A stretch of DNA of 63,860 bases, counting the filler, from Kipferlia bialata (taxonomy: Eukaryota), in assembly GCA_003568945.1 (NCBI GenBank). It is 3 parts of 3 records of this genome, joined end to end, with 100 filler letters (N's around TTAATTAATTAA, not from the genome) between each part and the next. Parts side by side here need not be neighbours in the genome. Positions count along the whole stretch, not along the records: positions 42,691 to 63,860 come from BDIP01000334.1; 2 more parts are not named here. One strand, 5' to 3'. The position numbers and the translations under genes are program-made. A model generated the notes under the pieces. The model ran no database searches, had not been told where the DNA came from, and saw nothing but the letters and a program-made list of their open reading frames with translations. The stretch's first letter is position 1. Each line of letters opens with the position of its first letter. This document shows positions 42,757 to 55,700 of the stretch, piece after piece.

Positions 42757-43916
42757 GCCCTCTCCTCCCAGTCTGCTGAGGCCGTCAGGGTGTGTGACTA
42801 CGGCAGTGCCAGCGACAAGACATGGGTCGGCAAGACTATGCGGAGGTATAGCTAAGTAATATGGTGTATGTGTATTTGTCAGATAGTTGTATATACTATA
42901 TATATATGTGTAATAGTGACAAGACATGGGTCGGAAAGACAATGCGGAGGTACGAGACACACACACACATATATATACCCCATCATCCACTCTAGTACTT
43001 GATTGTCACCCTCACCCCCAGGAATGGTACCATGCGCTGTGACGCAGAGATCTTCATCTCCCACAACACCACCCCTGCGTACAGGGCACCTGAGATGGCC
43101 GACCTGTACAGTGGACAGGACATATCCTGTAAGGTATATAGTATATATAGTATATATACATGAAAATCTATATGGTTATAGGGGTGGATGGCCGACCTCT
43201 ACAGTGGGCAGGATATATCTCTCTTGCAAGGTATGCCCTAAGCGTTGATGTAGAAGCAGTGCATTGTAGATTGCTATGATAGTGTATGTATTAGTTAGCA
43301 CTCCACTGTGTATTCACTGACCCCCAGACTGATGTGTGGGCCCTGGGAGTGCTGCTGTACAAGATGATGTACTTTAAGGTATGGGTATTGATGGTGTATC
43401 TTTATCTACATAGCTCCCTTTGCCGACATTCATATCCATATTCCCTATATATCAATATACATGTATATATGAAGTATCATTCATATACCTGATACCCAGG
43501 CCCCCTTTGCGGACACCGGCATCCCCTTAGATATACATTCGCATACCTATATATGTATATATATATAATGTATCACTACATGTACTGATACCCAGGCCCC
43601 CTTTGTCGATACCGACATCCCCTTAGATATACTTACACATTGATACTCGGATATAGCTGTCTATATGTCTATCTATGTATACTGATCTCCAGGCCCCCTT
43701 TGCTGACACCGACATCCCTCTGGGCATCATCCAGAACAAGTGGCACTTCCCAGTGCCCGTGTCCAACCTGAGGTATATACATACATATTGAATGTTATGT
43801 GTAATGCACGCATGTGAGTGCAGCCTCTCTCATAATATATATATAGATCTATCTATATATGTGCCCATCTAACCCCCTAGGGACACTGAGCTGCGGCACA
43901 AGAAGAAGGAGTGCAG

Positions 43917-43951
<35 letters not shown>

Positions 43952-44021
43952 GTATATATACTATTGTATGTACTTACCTCTAGAGACACTGAACTGAGGC
44001 ACAAGAAGGAGGAGTGCAGTG

Positions 44022-44054
<33 letters not shown>

Positions 44055-45152
44055 ATATATATATATATGTGTGTGTGTGTACCCTTACCCTCTAGAGATA
44101 CTGAGCTGCGGCACAAGAAGGAGGAGTGCAGGGGCAAGGGCCTGTCTGTGGACGAGAGGGCAGCTGCGCCAAGGGAAGGTGAGCTCACTTAGCTAGATAT
44201 GTACATGTGTATTGTATTGTATCTGGCATGTGTTTCTCTGTCTGTGGACGAGAGGGCAGCTGCACCCAGAGAGGGTATGTATGTACACATATGTACAGAG
44301 AGAGAGGGGGGGAGAGTACATATATATATATATATATATGCATAGAATGTGTCTATATATCTCTGTCGATGGCAGCTGCGCCAAGGGAAGGTGAGTGCTG
44401 ACTCTAGTATTACTATGTATAGATTCAATATCGTGTAGACCCAGAGATGGCAATGGTTCGACAGTGTTTTCGATATAGTTGTATTACCCCCTCACCCCCA
44501 GGCCTGTGCTACTCCGAGTCCCTCAAGGCCTGTGTCCGTATGTGTCTGACCAAGAAGGTGGACGAGAGGGCTACGGTGTTCGATGTGGCTAGGTATATAT
44601 AGATAAGTAACATATATATATACATATTTGTTGATTATATAGGTCGAGGAGAGGGCAACGGTGTTTGATGTGGCTAGGTATGTATATATGTGTGTATGTA
44701 TAGAGAGTGTATCGTTTCTCTATGTCTCTGTCTTTCTTCGCTCCCCCCTCTTACCATCTAGATACATCACCAAGACATGTCTCTCTCTCTCTCGGCCTCT
44801 GTCTCTCTCTCTCTCTCTGACCATCTAGATACATCACCAAGACAGCCGGTGTTCCCTGCCCCCTGCCCACATCCCTCAGACTAAGGGGGACACCACAGGT
44901 ATGTATATGTATGGAATATACATATAGATATAGACATTGTATATGTATATGAGTACTATGTATAGTTTGTATGTCCATCCCTCAGGCTCAGGGGGACACC
45001 CCAGGTACTCATATACCCACATGAACTTCATTGTTGGTAGTACTCACATACAATTCTATACATCTATCATAGATGACTCATTCTCTGTCTCTGTCTCTAT
45101 CTCTTCTATGGATATGTATTATGTAACGCCCAGGTCACTGAGCCTAGTCAGT

Positions 45153-45197
<45 letters not shown>

Positions 45198-45637
45198 ATA
45201 TATATATAACGCCCAGGTCACTGAGCCCGGTGCCATTGAGGTGTCTGGTGGAGACGAGCCTGCCCCAGCTCAGGTTAGTATTTGAAGGATATTAGACACA
45301 TATATGGTTGTACACATGCATGTGTAAACATGTATATATGTGTGAGACTCACCTGCACCAGCTCAGGTGGGTGTAGTATATCTATACAGGGTATCAATAC
45401 TGTTGGTGCCTGCTATACTATTCTCTCATCACTAGGGTAGCCTCGATACCTTCTGGGCCAAGCACTACATGTATTCATATATATATATATATATATAGTA
45501 TTGACTATTCTCACCATCAGGGCGGCTTCGATGCCTTCTGGGCCGAGGACAATGCCACCCCCCATGCCCCTGCCCAGGACATGTTCAGTCAGGCGGTGTC
45601 ACCTCAGGTATATGATGTATATGTACAGAAATATTTC

Positions 45638-45682
<45 letters not shown>

Positions 45683-47298
45683 GGGGTCAGGACATGTTCA
45701 GCCAGGCAGTGTCACCACATGTATACACATGGACATCTATAGATTATAGATAGTGTATGTGATATACCTCACCTCCTAGGTATCTGCCCCTGCCCCTGCC
45801 GCAGATGATGCCTTTGGTCTCTTCGAGTCCTTCGAGAGTGCCCCTGTGGCATCCACAGCCAGTGCCTCCAACCCCCCCTCTGCCGATGGGTCCTTTGACT
45901 GGGGGGCATTCAGTACGGCACCTACACAGGTGGGTATATAGACTACATAGATTGGATATATATGTATACTATATATGTATACTATATGTGTATATGTATA
46001 TACTATATATGAGTATACTGTTGTTAGCTGGGGGGCATTCAGCACAGCACCTGCTCAGGTGGGTATATATATATATGTATATGCTATTATACATGAATAC
46101 TATATACTGTAATTATATATTGATCTGTCCTTTGACCGGGGGGCATTCAGCACAGCACCCACTCAGGTATATACATGATGAATACTATGTATATGTATGC
46201 TTTCAATGTAGACCGTATATAGATGTATGTGTCGTGTGTTTATAGTTTGGCTTTGTATACATCTGTAGTATTGTCTCTGACCCTCCCAGGCTGTTGTCTC
46301 TGCACCCCCATCATCCATGGCTAACCAGGTACAATCTCTCTACCGTACTCACATGCTTGCGCTCTCTCTCTGTCTTGTACTAGTTGCCATGGATCTCTCT
46401 CTCTCTCTCCCTAGCCCCTTATTCCAAGGCCAAGACCACTGATGCCATGGACATCTTCAGTGCCAGACCAGCTCCCAAGCAGACGGTGCAGCAGGTATTA
46501 CAGAGTGTATGTAGCATATGTATATATATTTGTGTGTGTGTGTGTATCTATAAGACATATTACCTCACCTCCCAGGCCACTGTTCAGCCCAAGCAGTCCC
46601 ACGGGATAGGGTCACTGTTCCACAGCAAGCAGGCACCCGCTTACCAGGTACTCTCTTTCTCTATATATACACTTACTCTCCCCCTCTATCTGACCCCCAG
46701 GGTCTGACCTCCCCCGTGGCAGCTATGTATATACCTACTTCTATCTCTCTCTCTCTATATATATGTGAATACATACTCCCCCCCTCTCTCCCCCCCAGGG
46801 CCTGACCTCCCCCGTGGCAGCCCCCACCCAGACACAGACATTTGCAACACCTGCCAAGGGCCACAAGGTATTGTTTGTGCTGCTGGATACTATTTGTATA
46901 TATACTCTGTGTTTGTGTTCTATATCTGATATTCCACCTCTCTCTTACCTCTAGGCCCCAGCCCAGGCTGCCGAGAGGCACCCTTCGCACATGGCTGATA
47001 CCCTGCTCAAGAAGCTGCTGAGGCACTCGGTCCCAAAGTGGAAGCACATTCAGGTGAAGATATATATATATATGCGTATTTATATATGTATATGTGTGTA
47101 TAGTGTACACACGTTGTGTTGATGTAGACACTCAGTCCCTAAGTGGAAGTACATTCAGGTGTGTATATGGTATCTTGCATTTCCAGAGCAATACGTCATA
47201 CCTTGAGTCTCTGAATGGTTGTATGTGTACATGTCCTCTCTCACCCCCAGGGTCTAGCCTATCTGACCTGGCCCCCCAACTCCCCCTCTGCCTATCTC

Positions 47299-47332
<34 letters not shown>

Positions 47333-49117
47333 CCTCTCTCTCTCTGACTCTAGGGCCTTGCCTACCTTACCTGGCCCCCCAACTCCCCCTCTGCCGGTCT
47401 GGTCACTGTATTGACATGTGCCGCCAAGCAGAGCCCGGTCAGACAGAAGCCAGAGGCTAGGTATACCCATAGTGCATAGAATAGTAATATATATATGTAT
47501 ATGATATATGTGACTAATTAGTGCCCAGTCAGACAGAAGCCAGAGGCTAGGTATATACTGTGCTAATTATATAATGATACATTCTACTTACTATATTATG
47601 TAGATACTACTATAGAAGAAGAATTCAGTCAGACAGAAGCCAGAGGCCAGGTATGCAGAGTGTAGTTATTTATATACCTATTTGTTGTCTCTTTCCTAAT
47701 ACTATACTACTGTGTATCCTCTCCTTACCCCCAGGGTTGCCTGTCTGGCCTCTGTGCTCAGACTCCTCCAGCTGGTGCCAACTGCAGCTGTCCAGGGTGA
47801 GAACAGTGATGTATACTCATCTAGTATACTTTTGTATTTGTATATGTGTTTGTTTCTCAGTCATCTTACCCCCCAGGCCCCTCTGATCCCGTGGCCAAGT
47901 TCCTCGCCTCCCTGCCACGCCTGCCACCCTCACCCCTGTCCGGTATCGATGATTGGCATATATATATATATATATATTTATACTACTATATGTACCCTAT
48001 CGTTCATGAGTTTCTTACCCCAGGTGTGATTGATGCCTATACCGCATATCTTAGGGCCAGAGTCACCACCCTCAGGGGCAACACTAGCCTGCACGCCAAC
48101 CTCTGCATCCGGTGTGTGTGTATATATCCTTACACCATTTACAATCTCTTCCACTTCTTTTGACCATATAGCGACGTCATTCTCCTCATGTACGCATTCT
48201 TTCCCACAGCCATTTGTGTCGCTTGTTCCTATGCTCTGTTCTAACCCCCCCAGTGACGTCATCTCCCGCCCCCCTCTGTGCCGTCGTGCCGACCAGGCCC
48301 TGCTATCACTAGGTACCTCAATACATATTTCTATGTGTTTATATGTATGTATATATCTTCTCACCCCAGGCACCTCCCTTGTCTCTCTCTGCGATGCAGT
48401 GTCTGCCATCGGGGCTGGGTCACTCCTGTCCACAGCACAGGGGGAGGGTGATGACACCATGGCAGTCCGGACAAGTGCAGGCATACCAGTGCTCAGAGAG
48501 TGCAAGGACATACTCGGGGCCATAAGGGCGGTGCATGACAAGGTATAGACATAGTACATTATTTATTCATAAAAGTGTGTGTAAGTGTCTCACCCCCCAG
48601 GTCTCCAAGCTGGGCTCCCCCTCTGCCGGTCTCTCTCTCTCTGTATATATATATGTATACTATGGATATGCCTCACCCATAGGTCTCCAGGCTGGGCTCC
48701 CCCTCAGCCGGTCTGGCTGGGAAGAGCACCGACCCCTTCGCCGATCTCCTCTCCTCCCCCGGTGTGTCTCTAGCACCCACTGTGGACGAGGCCCACATCG
48801 TGTACACTGGTCTCAAGGGGTACATGCAGGGTGCCTCTAACAGCATGGATAGAGAGGAGGTATCGGTGGTGGGGGTGCCTAGGATGGGGGAGACACTCAT
48901 GCAGTGCTCACAGACAGGTATGCAGTGCATGTGGTATGTAGTGTACAGTGTGTAATGTGTACTCCACCTCACCCCAGCCCTCCCCGTCCCCACCCCCCTC
49001 GTCCCACCCCCTGTGCCTACTGACATGGGGGCAGAGGCAGAGGGACAGAGTGCACACACTGCTCCTGTGCAGCAGCAGCAGCCTAGGGTGGTGCAGGCAG
49101 CCCTGCTCGACTTCTAG
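42757..49117 (+). CDS. NAK-family (AAK1/BMP2K/GAK-like) Ser/Thr kinase, 5'-truncated, with C-terminal ANTH-like region and terminal clathrin box
   Basis: VRVCDYGSA; ISHNTTPAYRAPEMADLYSGQ; TDVWALGVLLYKMMYFKAPF; SESLKACVRMCLTKKVDERATVFDV (NAK 'TT..YRAPEM.DLY' signature). Later PKWKHIQGLAYLTW...VLRLLQ...IDAYTAYLRARV; ends AALLDF* (TAG 49115-49117). Confidence 0.88.
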
Positions 49118-49795
49118 GATGACTTCTAGGACGACTTCTAGGGTACCTATTATTGACCCGGCATCTACCTACCAATATGGATGTATGATGTGTATAGGGT
49201 AGTCAGTGGCCTCAGATGTGCCTTTGTGGGCTGTTACCGTGTGTGACAGTCTTAGTGCAGACACCTCTAGTGCCACTGTTGGTAGATCTTGATGTGAATG
49301 TGGATTTGGTTGAGAATGAATAATGTGAATAGATTTTGTATGTGATGTCCCTGCATTATTATTATTCCACACTGTAGAATCCACAGATCTGTACATTTCT
49401 GGGATCTTGAAAGTGCTGCCTACTGTAGGGACGCACACTGTGTCAAGCTGAATGCACGTCACAACAAGATGGCCTCTCAGCCACACCGAGACACCTGGTC
49501 ACACCGATTCTTCCTACCTCTTCCTCTTCCAGTCACTGAGCCACGATATTTGAGTATTGCGTATGACACTAGTGCTCTCCGAGAGCCACGCACATGACAA
49601 TGTCGGTGGGGCGGCCTGTGAGCCCCCTCCTGCGGGTATTGCACCAACTGTAGAGAGGTTTGATGGAGAGTGCCTAGATAGCCAGAGACAGAGGTGGGGC
49701 CATACATATACACCAGTAGCATCATACACATCATGTTTCTGTCTTTCTATCTATATATACTCCGTCACAGGGTGTCTAGTGTGTTACAGTTGACC

Positions 49796-52700
49796 ATGTC
49801 AACTGGAACTACCGAACCCGCAACAGCAGCCATCAATCCTGAGTGTACACTACAGTTTCAATTCTTACCTCTTCACCATCATCCGATATAGCAATTTCTT
49901 CTGTCCAAGTTGCTGACCCCAAGATGTGACCGTGTCAACCCCCCCTTCTTCGACAAGTCCGGGAGTATGTATGCCTTCCATGCCCATGCACAGGCCGTCT
50001 TCACCATACTGCTGATGAGGCTGATAGGGGTGGCACGTCTGTACTGGACAAGAACAGAGACTGCGTCAGGTGCGCCAGTACAGTGTATACGCAAGGGTTC
50101 AATGGGTGCATGTACTATATACATACTATATACTATATTCAGCCTGTCTCACCGACAGGAGTGGACCTCGCCATGATGCTCGTAGACCTCATTCTGATAG
50201 GGTTAGATGGCTACATGTTCATGCACATCAACCGAGAGGGACAGACACACACCAGAACCAGTGTCTTCCATAGACACCCCAAGACAGCTGGTATAGACTG
50301 TATTGACGCAAACGTCTGCCCAGACCACGTTGGGAACAATGCACCTCCAAGGACCTCAAGAGCTACTGCTAGAGTGCACAGTGCGTGGATGAAAGGGTTC
50401 CGTTCCAAGCAACCACTGTTTATAGCCACGTACGTCATACATACAAATCACATACGACACCCCTCCATGTTACATCTGACACAGGGCAATGTCTCTGACC
50501 CTCGTGCTAGTGAACTGGTATATCGCCCTGAGGACAAGAGTACTGGCTACCGCCTCCTTCCGGACATACTTGTTCACTGAAGTGACATGTGCGTGTGTGC
50601 TGCAGGCCTTCCTCTCAGAGGTACCCAATCTGTTACTCATGCTGTGGTGATTCCTGCCTGACGTACTCTTAGGAACTATCTCATTCATAAGTGTTCTGCA
50701 GCGAGTGCTTGGCTCAACTAATTCATTCAACATTGCAGTACAATACATTCTAAATGACGCTATCTGAACACTCTACAGCCCTCACACAAGGCTGCCGGTG
50801 GGCGATTCCGCGTAAGACTGCGAGAGCTACACAAGCGGAAATACATAACGAAGCGAGAGCAGAATGGTGCGGTGTGTCAGGCTACCCATGCGGCCGATGA
50901 AGACCCAAACCTGAACAAACTCGTTCACAAGAGCCGTCTTCTACACCGTCTCTTCACATCCCTTACTGTCATTACGGTACCCCTTTCATTGTGTGTCATA
51001 CAACCGTCACCAATGCACAGATACGCTACCAGGATATATGTGACTAATTAACACTCAGGGTTGTGCCACTCTGGTTTGGCACCACAAGTTGCTCTCGGTG
51101 ACACATGTGTATGGACCAGTAATTGCGGTAATTAACAATTGTTGTGCAATTCCTACAACAGTATATCGCCAATGCCAAGAAGACTTCATCTTACGCAGGC
51201 ACTTCGAGAGAGGAACTCCCTTCTGGCTCATCTGGTGGAGATGGCTGTGTCACCCCCTTGTGTGGCGGCCAGTGTCTGCATTGGTCTCTACGCGGTGGTG
51301 AGTATCATGTGGCTCAGCGCAGTTGCAAAAGAGGACACCTTAGATGCCCATGCGGTCAAGATGAACAGGTATTTACGCGATATATCACCTCTCTTCAAGT
51401 ACAACACCGAATGTCTGTTTCGCTCCGCAAAAGAACCCTTATGATTTCATTGTACTACAGTGAATACCACACTATCCCCACCCAGGGTCATACACACCGC
51501 CCTAGGCATATTCAGCTCTGCTCTCCCCAAGCGGACCAGAGACTATGTTACCCGCGCCAAGGCTCACCGTGCTGCTGACAATGGTCAAGAGAGGCGAGGT
51601 GCGAGTACTGACGAAGAGCAGACTGACGCTGATGAGGGGGCGCCTGGCATGATACACACTGACGAGTCTGCAGTCGTAGCCTTTGTAGGCGTTACAACAG
51701 CGGTGGAGCTTCCAGCTGTGGAATACATACGGGTATGCAAGTCTTAATCTGATGACTGAATCGTATACAGTACATGCTTACCGTTAGGATATCTCTCTGC
51801 TCTTCATGGCGCTTGATGGGGTGATAGCCGCCTTCTCCCCCCTGGTGGAGAAGGTTAAGGGCGCTGATGGGTTCCTCATAGTACGCAGTGGAGAGAGCCT
51901 TGACACTGGTGACCCTTCCCTGGAGAAGCAAAGGACACGTCTGGCCACCAACTGTAGGGCAATGTGTCAGTTCTGTCTATTGGCCAATGCAACTGTCGCA
52001 TACTGCAGACGGCAGGGGTACCCGCTCTACACCATACAGGTTCCTTGTGATTGAGTCTTGTCATTGTCTCATGTTGTTGTAAGATACTTGCACCACCTCT
52101 AATGCCAGAGCCTTAGAGCCGGGGTGGCCTGTGGGAGTGTGACAGGTGGTGTCCTCGGCTCTAAGGAGCTCATGTATGACGTCTTTGGAGACACAGTCAA
52201 CACTGCCGCAAGGTACTTGGACTCTTGGATATCGCGTAACTCTGCCAGTTCTCTCTAACCGTGAGGCTGATGAACAAGTCCTGTCCCTGGCAGGTCATGG
52301 TGACAGAGGCCGTGGCAGAGGCCATCCTAGGGTGCAGTGACCATGTCTTCGACAATACCATTTCAAGTGGCATCAGTGTATCCCCACTAGAATGCCTTAG
52401 GTATCGATACAGTGGTGTCAGTAACGCAGCTTGCTTTCAATCCAACGTCTCACTCACACAGGGTCTGTAACCTAGCGCTCTCTGTGTCTGTGTGCAAACC
52501 TCTCTACCTCAAGGGAAAGGGAATGTGTCCGATAAGAAAGGTCACGCTGGCGTCAGAGGATGCCAGGTAGGCTGTCTGAGAAAACTCAACCCAGCGATCA
52601 TACGTAATCAAAATTTTATTACATAGAATGAGAAGAGTGAAGATATTTGATTCAAATATCTTCACTCTTCTCATTCTAACACTCAGCTCTTGCATCATGA

Positions 52701-55700
52701 GTCTGCTTGACTGCATCATGCACACATACTGCACGGACTGCAAAACCAGTTCCCCTGCCGACACAACCAGAGCCCTAGAGCCCCTCGACGGTCAGACTAG
52801 TTCGGCCAGTGATAGCCAGGCATGAGTGGCGGTAGCAGAGTGTACTCAATAGCAAAGTGGAATATATAGTCAATGATGATTTATCATTGATTGGCTGGAT
52901 CTGTTATCCATCTTATATTCAGGGTGAGACACTGGCGCTAATCTTTCAATCGCCATGGGAAGTAATACGAGCGAGGTGATACATCCTGAAGAGAACAAGT
53001 CTCAACTGCAATGTTTAATGCAAGGCTATCTCCATATTTGTTAGCCTATGAATCTCCGTGAAGCTCTCACCTCAGATTTGACAGTCTCAACGCCTCACAG
53101 TCCACGTCAATGCTGGCCGAGAGCATTTCTCGCACACTACAATCAGTACCATTCTGGCAGGCACACTTGAGCCTGTCAGAGGGTCTTCCTAGCGTTTCCA
53201 GTGTGCTCTATGCACTCTCGCCACTGGCGTCATCACCAAGTGCCCCGACAGGAAAGTGGACATCCTTTGACGAGCACCCCAGTGGCACAACCACACCCAT
53301 GAGGGCCCTACAGTCCCATAATGCTTGGGAGATGCCTGCTATGGCCGCGACTGGTGTCGGTGCAGTGAGTGGGGATTGTTGGAGAGAGCCCCATTCACCA
53401 GTGTGTGACGATACCCTCAGTCAGAGTGAGAGTACGTGTGTGAGCTCCGAGGGTTCAGTATTGTCAGTCCGTACCACAAGGCCTACGCTGCGACTCCCTA
53501 TACTCCCTGGAGCTCCTGAAAGTCCACCAAGTAGCAGTACCGTCGCTGGTGCCCAACACATACCTGTGGCTACACGCAGCCCCCTGCAGCTACTGCTAGC
53601 CAACATAATCAATACCCCTCGGCAGCAGTGTTCAGTCTCTACGACCCCCAGTGATACTACAGTGTCCACATCTCAGCACATTACTGAGACCCCTAATTCT
53701 CTGAGCACACACTCCCTAGCAACAGCAGTATCCACCCTCGATGGGTACCTACTGGATGACCTCCAGGCACTGCATTCGCAGTACATAGGTGGGAACAGGG
53801 TCAACATAGTACGGCAACACTCTTTGTTCTATCTCGTATTCAATTCTCATAATGAGACCTTAGGAACTCCCCTGGGCACCTTAGCCGACATGCACATGAA
53901 ACACTTCAGCAAGGTCCATCGCACTGTACCACTACGCGATAGCATCCCTCGCGGCTCCTCTGGTAACACCCTCTCCAAGACAGGGCACGCACCTTCATGC
54001 CCCACACACCGTCATCAATTGAACATGCTGTATCGAGCGGGGGCCCACTGTGTTAGGTATCAATGTATCAGTATGCAACATGTTGAAGTGTATGCGCCCG
54101 TGTCCGTGTTGCCTCGTGTGCCTTTGAACATACTCTGCGCTGTCTTCTCATATCCAGGCACATATCAAGAGAGAACGGGCGACACAATGTCTTTTCAGTG
54201 TTTTTCGACATAGCAGCCTTTAGGGTATGTGACATCTAGTGGCCAAGCTTACTCATACAAGTGGAACCGTAGTTCTGTAATGAGTAGCTATAGTGTGGCG
54301 TCTCCTACCCCAGAAGCACTTCGTACACACCGTGATCCTGCTCGCCCTAGAGGTTGTCACTGCATTCTATGCAGCATTGTACAGGTACGTGACCCATATT
54401 CTGGCTGTGAGTAGTACTCACTGAGTACATATGGATATCACACGTGGCATTGACCCAAGCATACTGTCGGGAGACGAGGCACGGTTCCACATCGAACTCT
54501 CTCTGCTGGCCCACGTGACTCTCATCAGAGTGGGGCTGTGCTATGCTATGGACAGACTGGGAAAAAGCGTGTTCGAGAGAGTTGTGGCGAGGTACGAGAG
54601 AGAGCCGTGAATACACATATATCTAGAATTGTTTGTACATTCACTTAGTGTCAGCTCTGGCCGTATACTGCACTGCCACCACCCTACAGTGTCTGACATC
54701 AGGAGCCTAGTACACGGTAGCCGTGAAAAGTGGACAGAGATCAAGCGACAGGTAAATGTCCTGATGTCACTGCACTTCTTCCTGTTATTAGTCACGCTCA
54801 TACTTTGGTACTGTCACTGATTGCTATAACCATCAGGCTCTGCGGCCCTACATGATCTGTCGAGACGTCTACATTTGCTGTGGGTACATAGTCACCGTGT
54901 TGGCCCTCACTTCACTGGTGACAGGTGCCAAAATGGTCAAGGCTGCAGGTGGGAGTACTACTAACAGTCCGTGCTAAGGGAACTACTGGAGCTAAATCTA
55001 ACTCATCAGTGCTGGAGGCAGACGCTGCCCAAGTCGCTGATGATCTGCCATCAATATGGGTATGTATAATACTTTCCAACTTAGTAATACTAAGTATTGC
55101 ATATGTTTAAGAGACAACTTCTCTTACGCTGCGAGTGTCTGTGTTGACACCTGTACCTGCATTACAAGAGAATCTACAGTGTAGAGAGGAACCGCTTGCG
55201 ATTGTTCCATGCCTGCTCCACACTGAGAACTAACCTGCAGAGAGTCGTCCTGATCACCGTTCTAGACCCTCTGGTTGTACTCTTGTCAGTGCCGCTGCAC
55301 CTAACCACAATCACTCTCTTTGTGCAACACTGGGTGTTCAAGGCTATTGCAGGTAAGTACCTACAACTGAAGACACCTGTAACGAAGACAACTGCTGAAT
55401 CTCCAAATGAGCCATTCAAGATCCTTCCTTGTTTCACCGCAGTGTACTGTGGGACGCTAGTGCCCCTTGGGAACTATTTAGCTATCGCAGCCCCACTGTG
55501 TTCCATGTTTGCTGTACTACAGGCGGTCATGAAGGCATATATCATTGTGTACACTGACAGCACTGCTAATGTTTGCGAGTTCTTCTGACACCAGGTAGTA
55601 TCTAAACACGTAGGTGTCACATATGTAGTGGACAGTGTTGCCACAAAGGTCTTGGTCTCCCGCGTTGCATCTGGCCGTTTTATGAACCCCCTGGCAGCCA

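Noticed and set aside
53110..54213. 367-aa ORF as a standalone gene
   Set aside because: It is Ser/Thr/Pro-rich and lies between the two cyclase halves on the same strand, so it is more likely internal exon(s).
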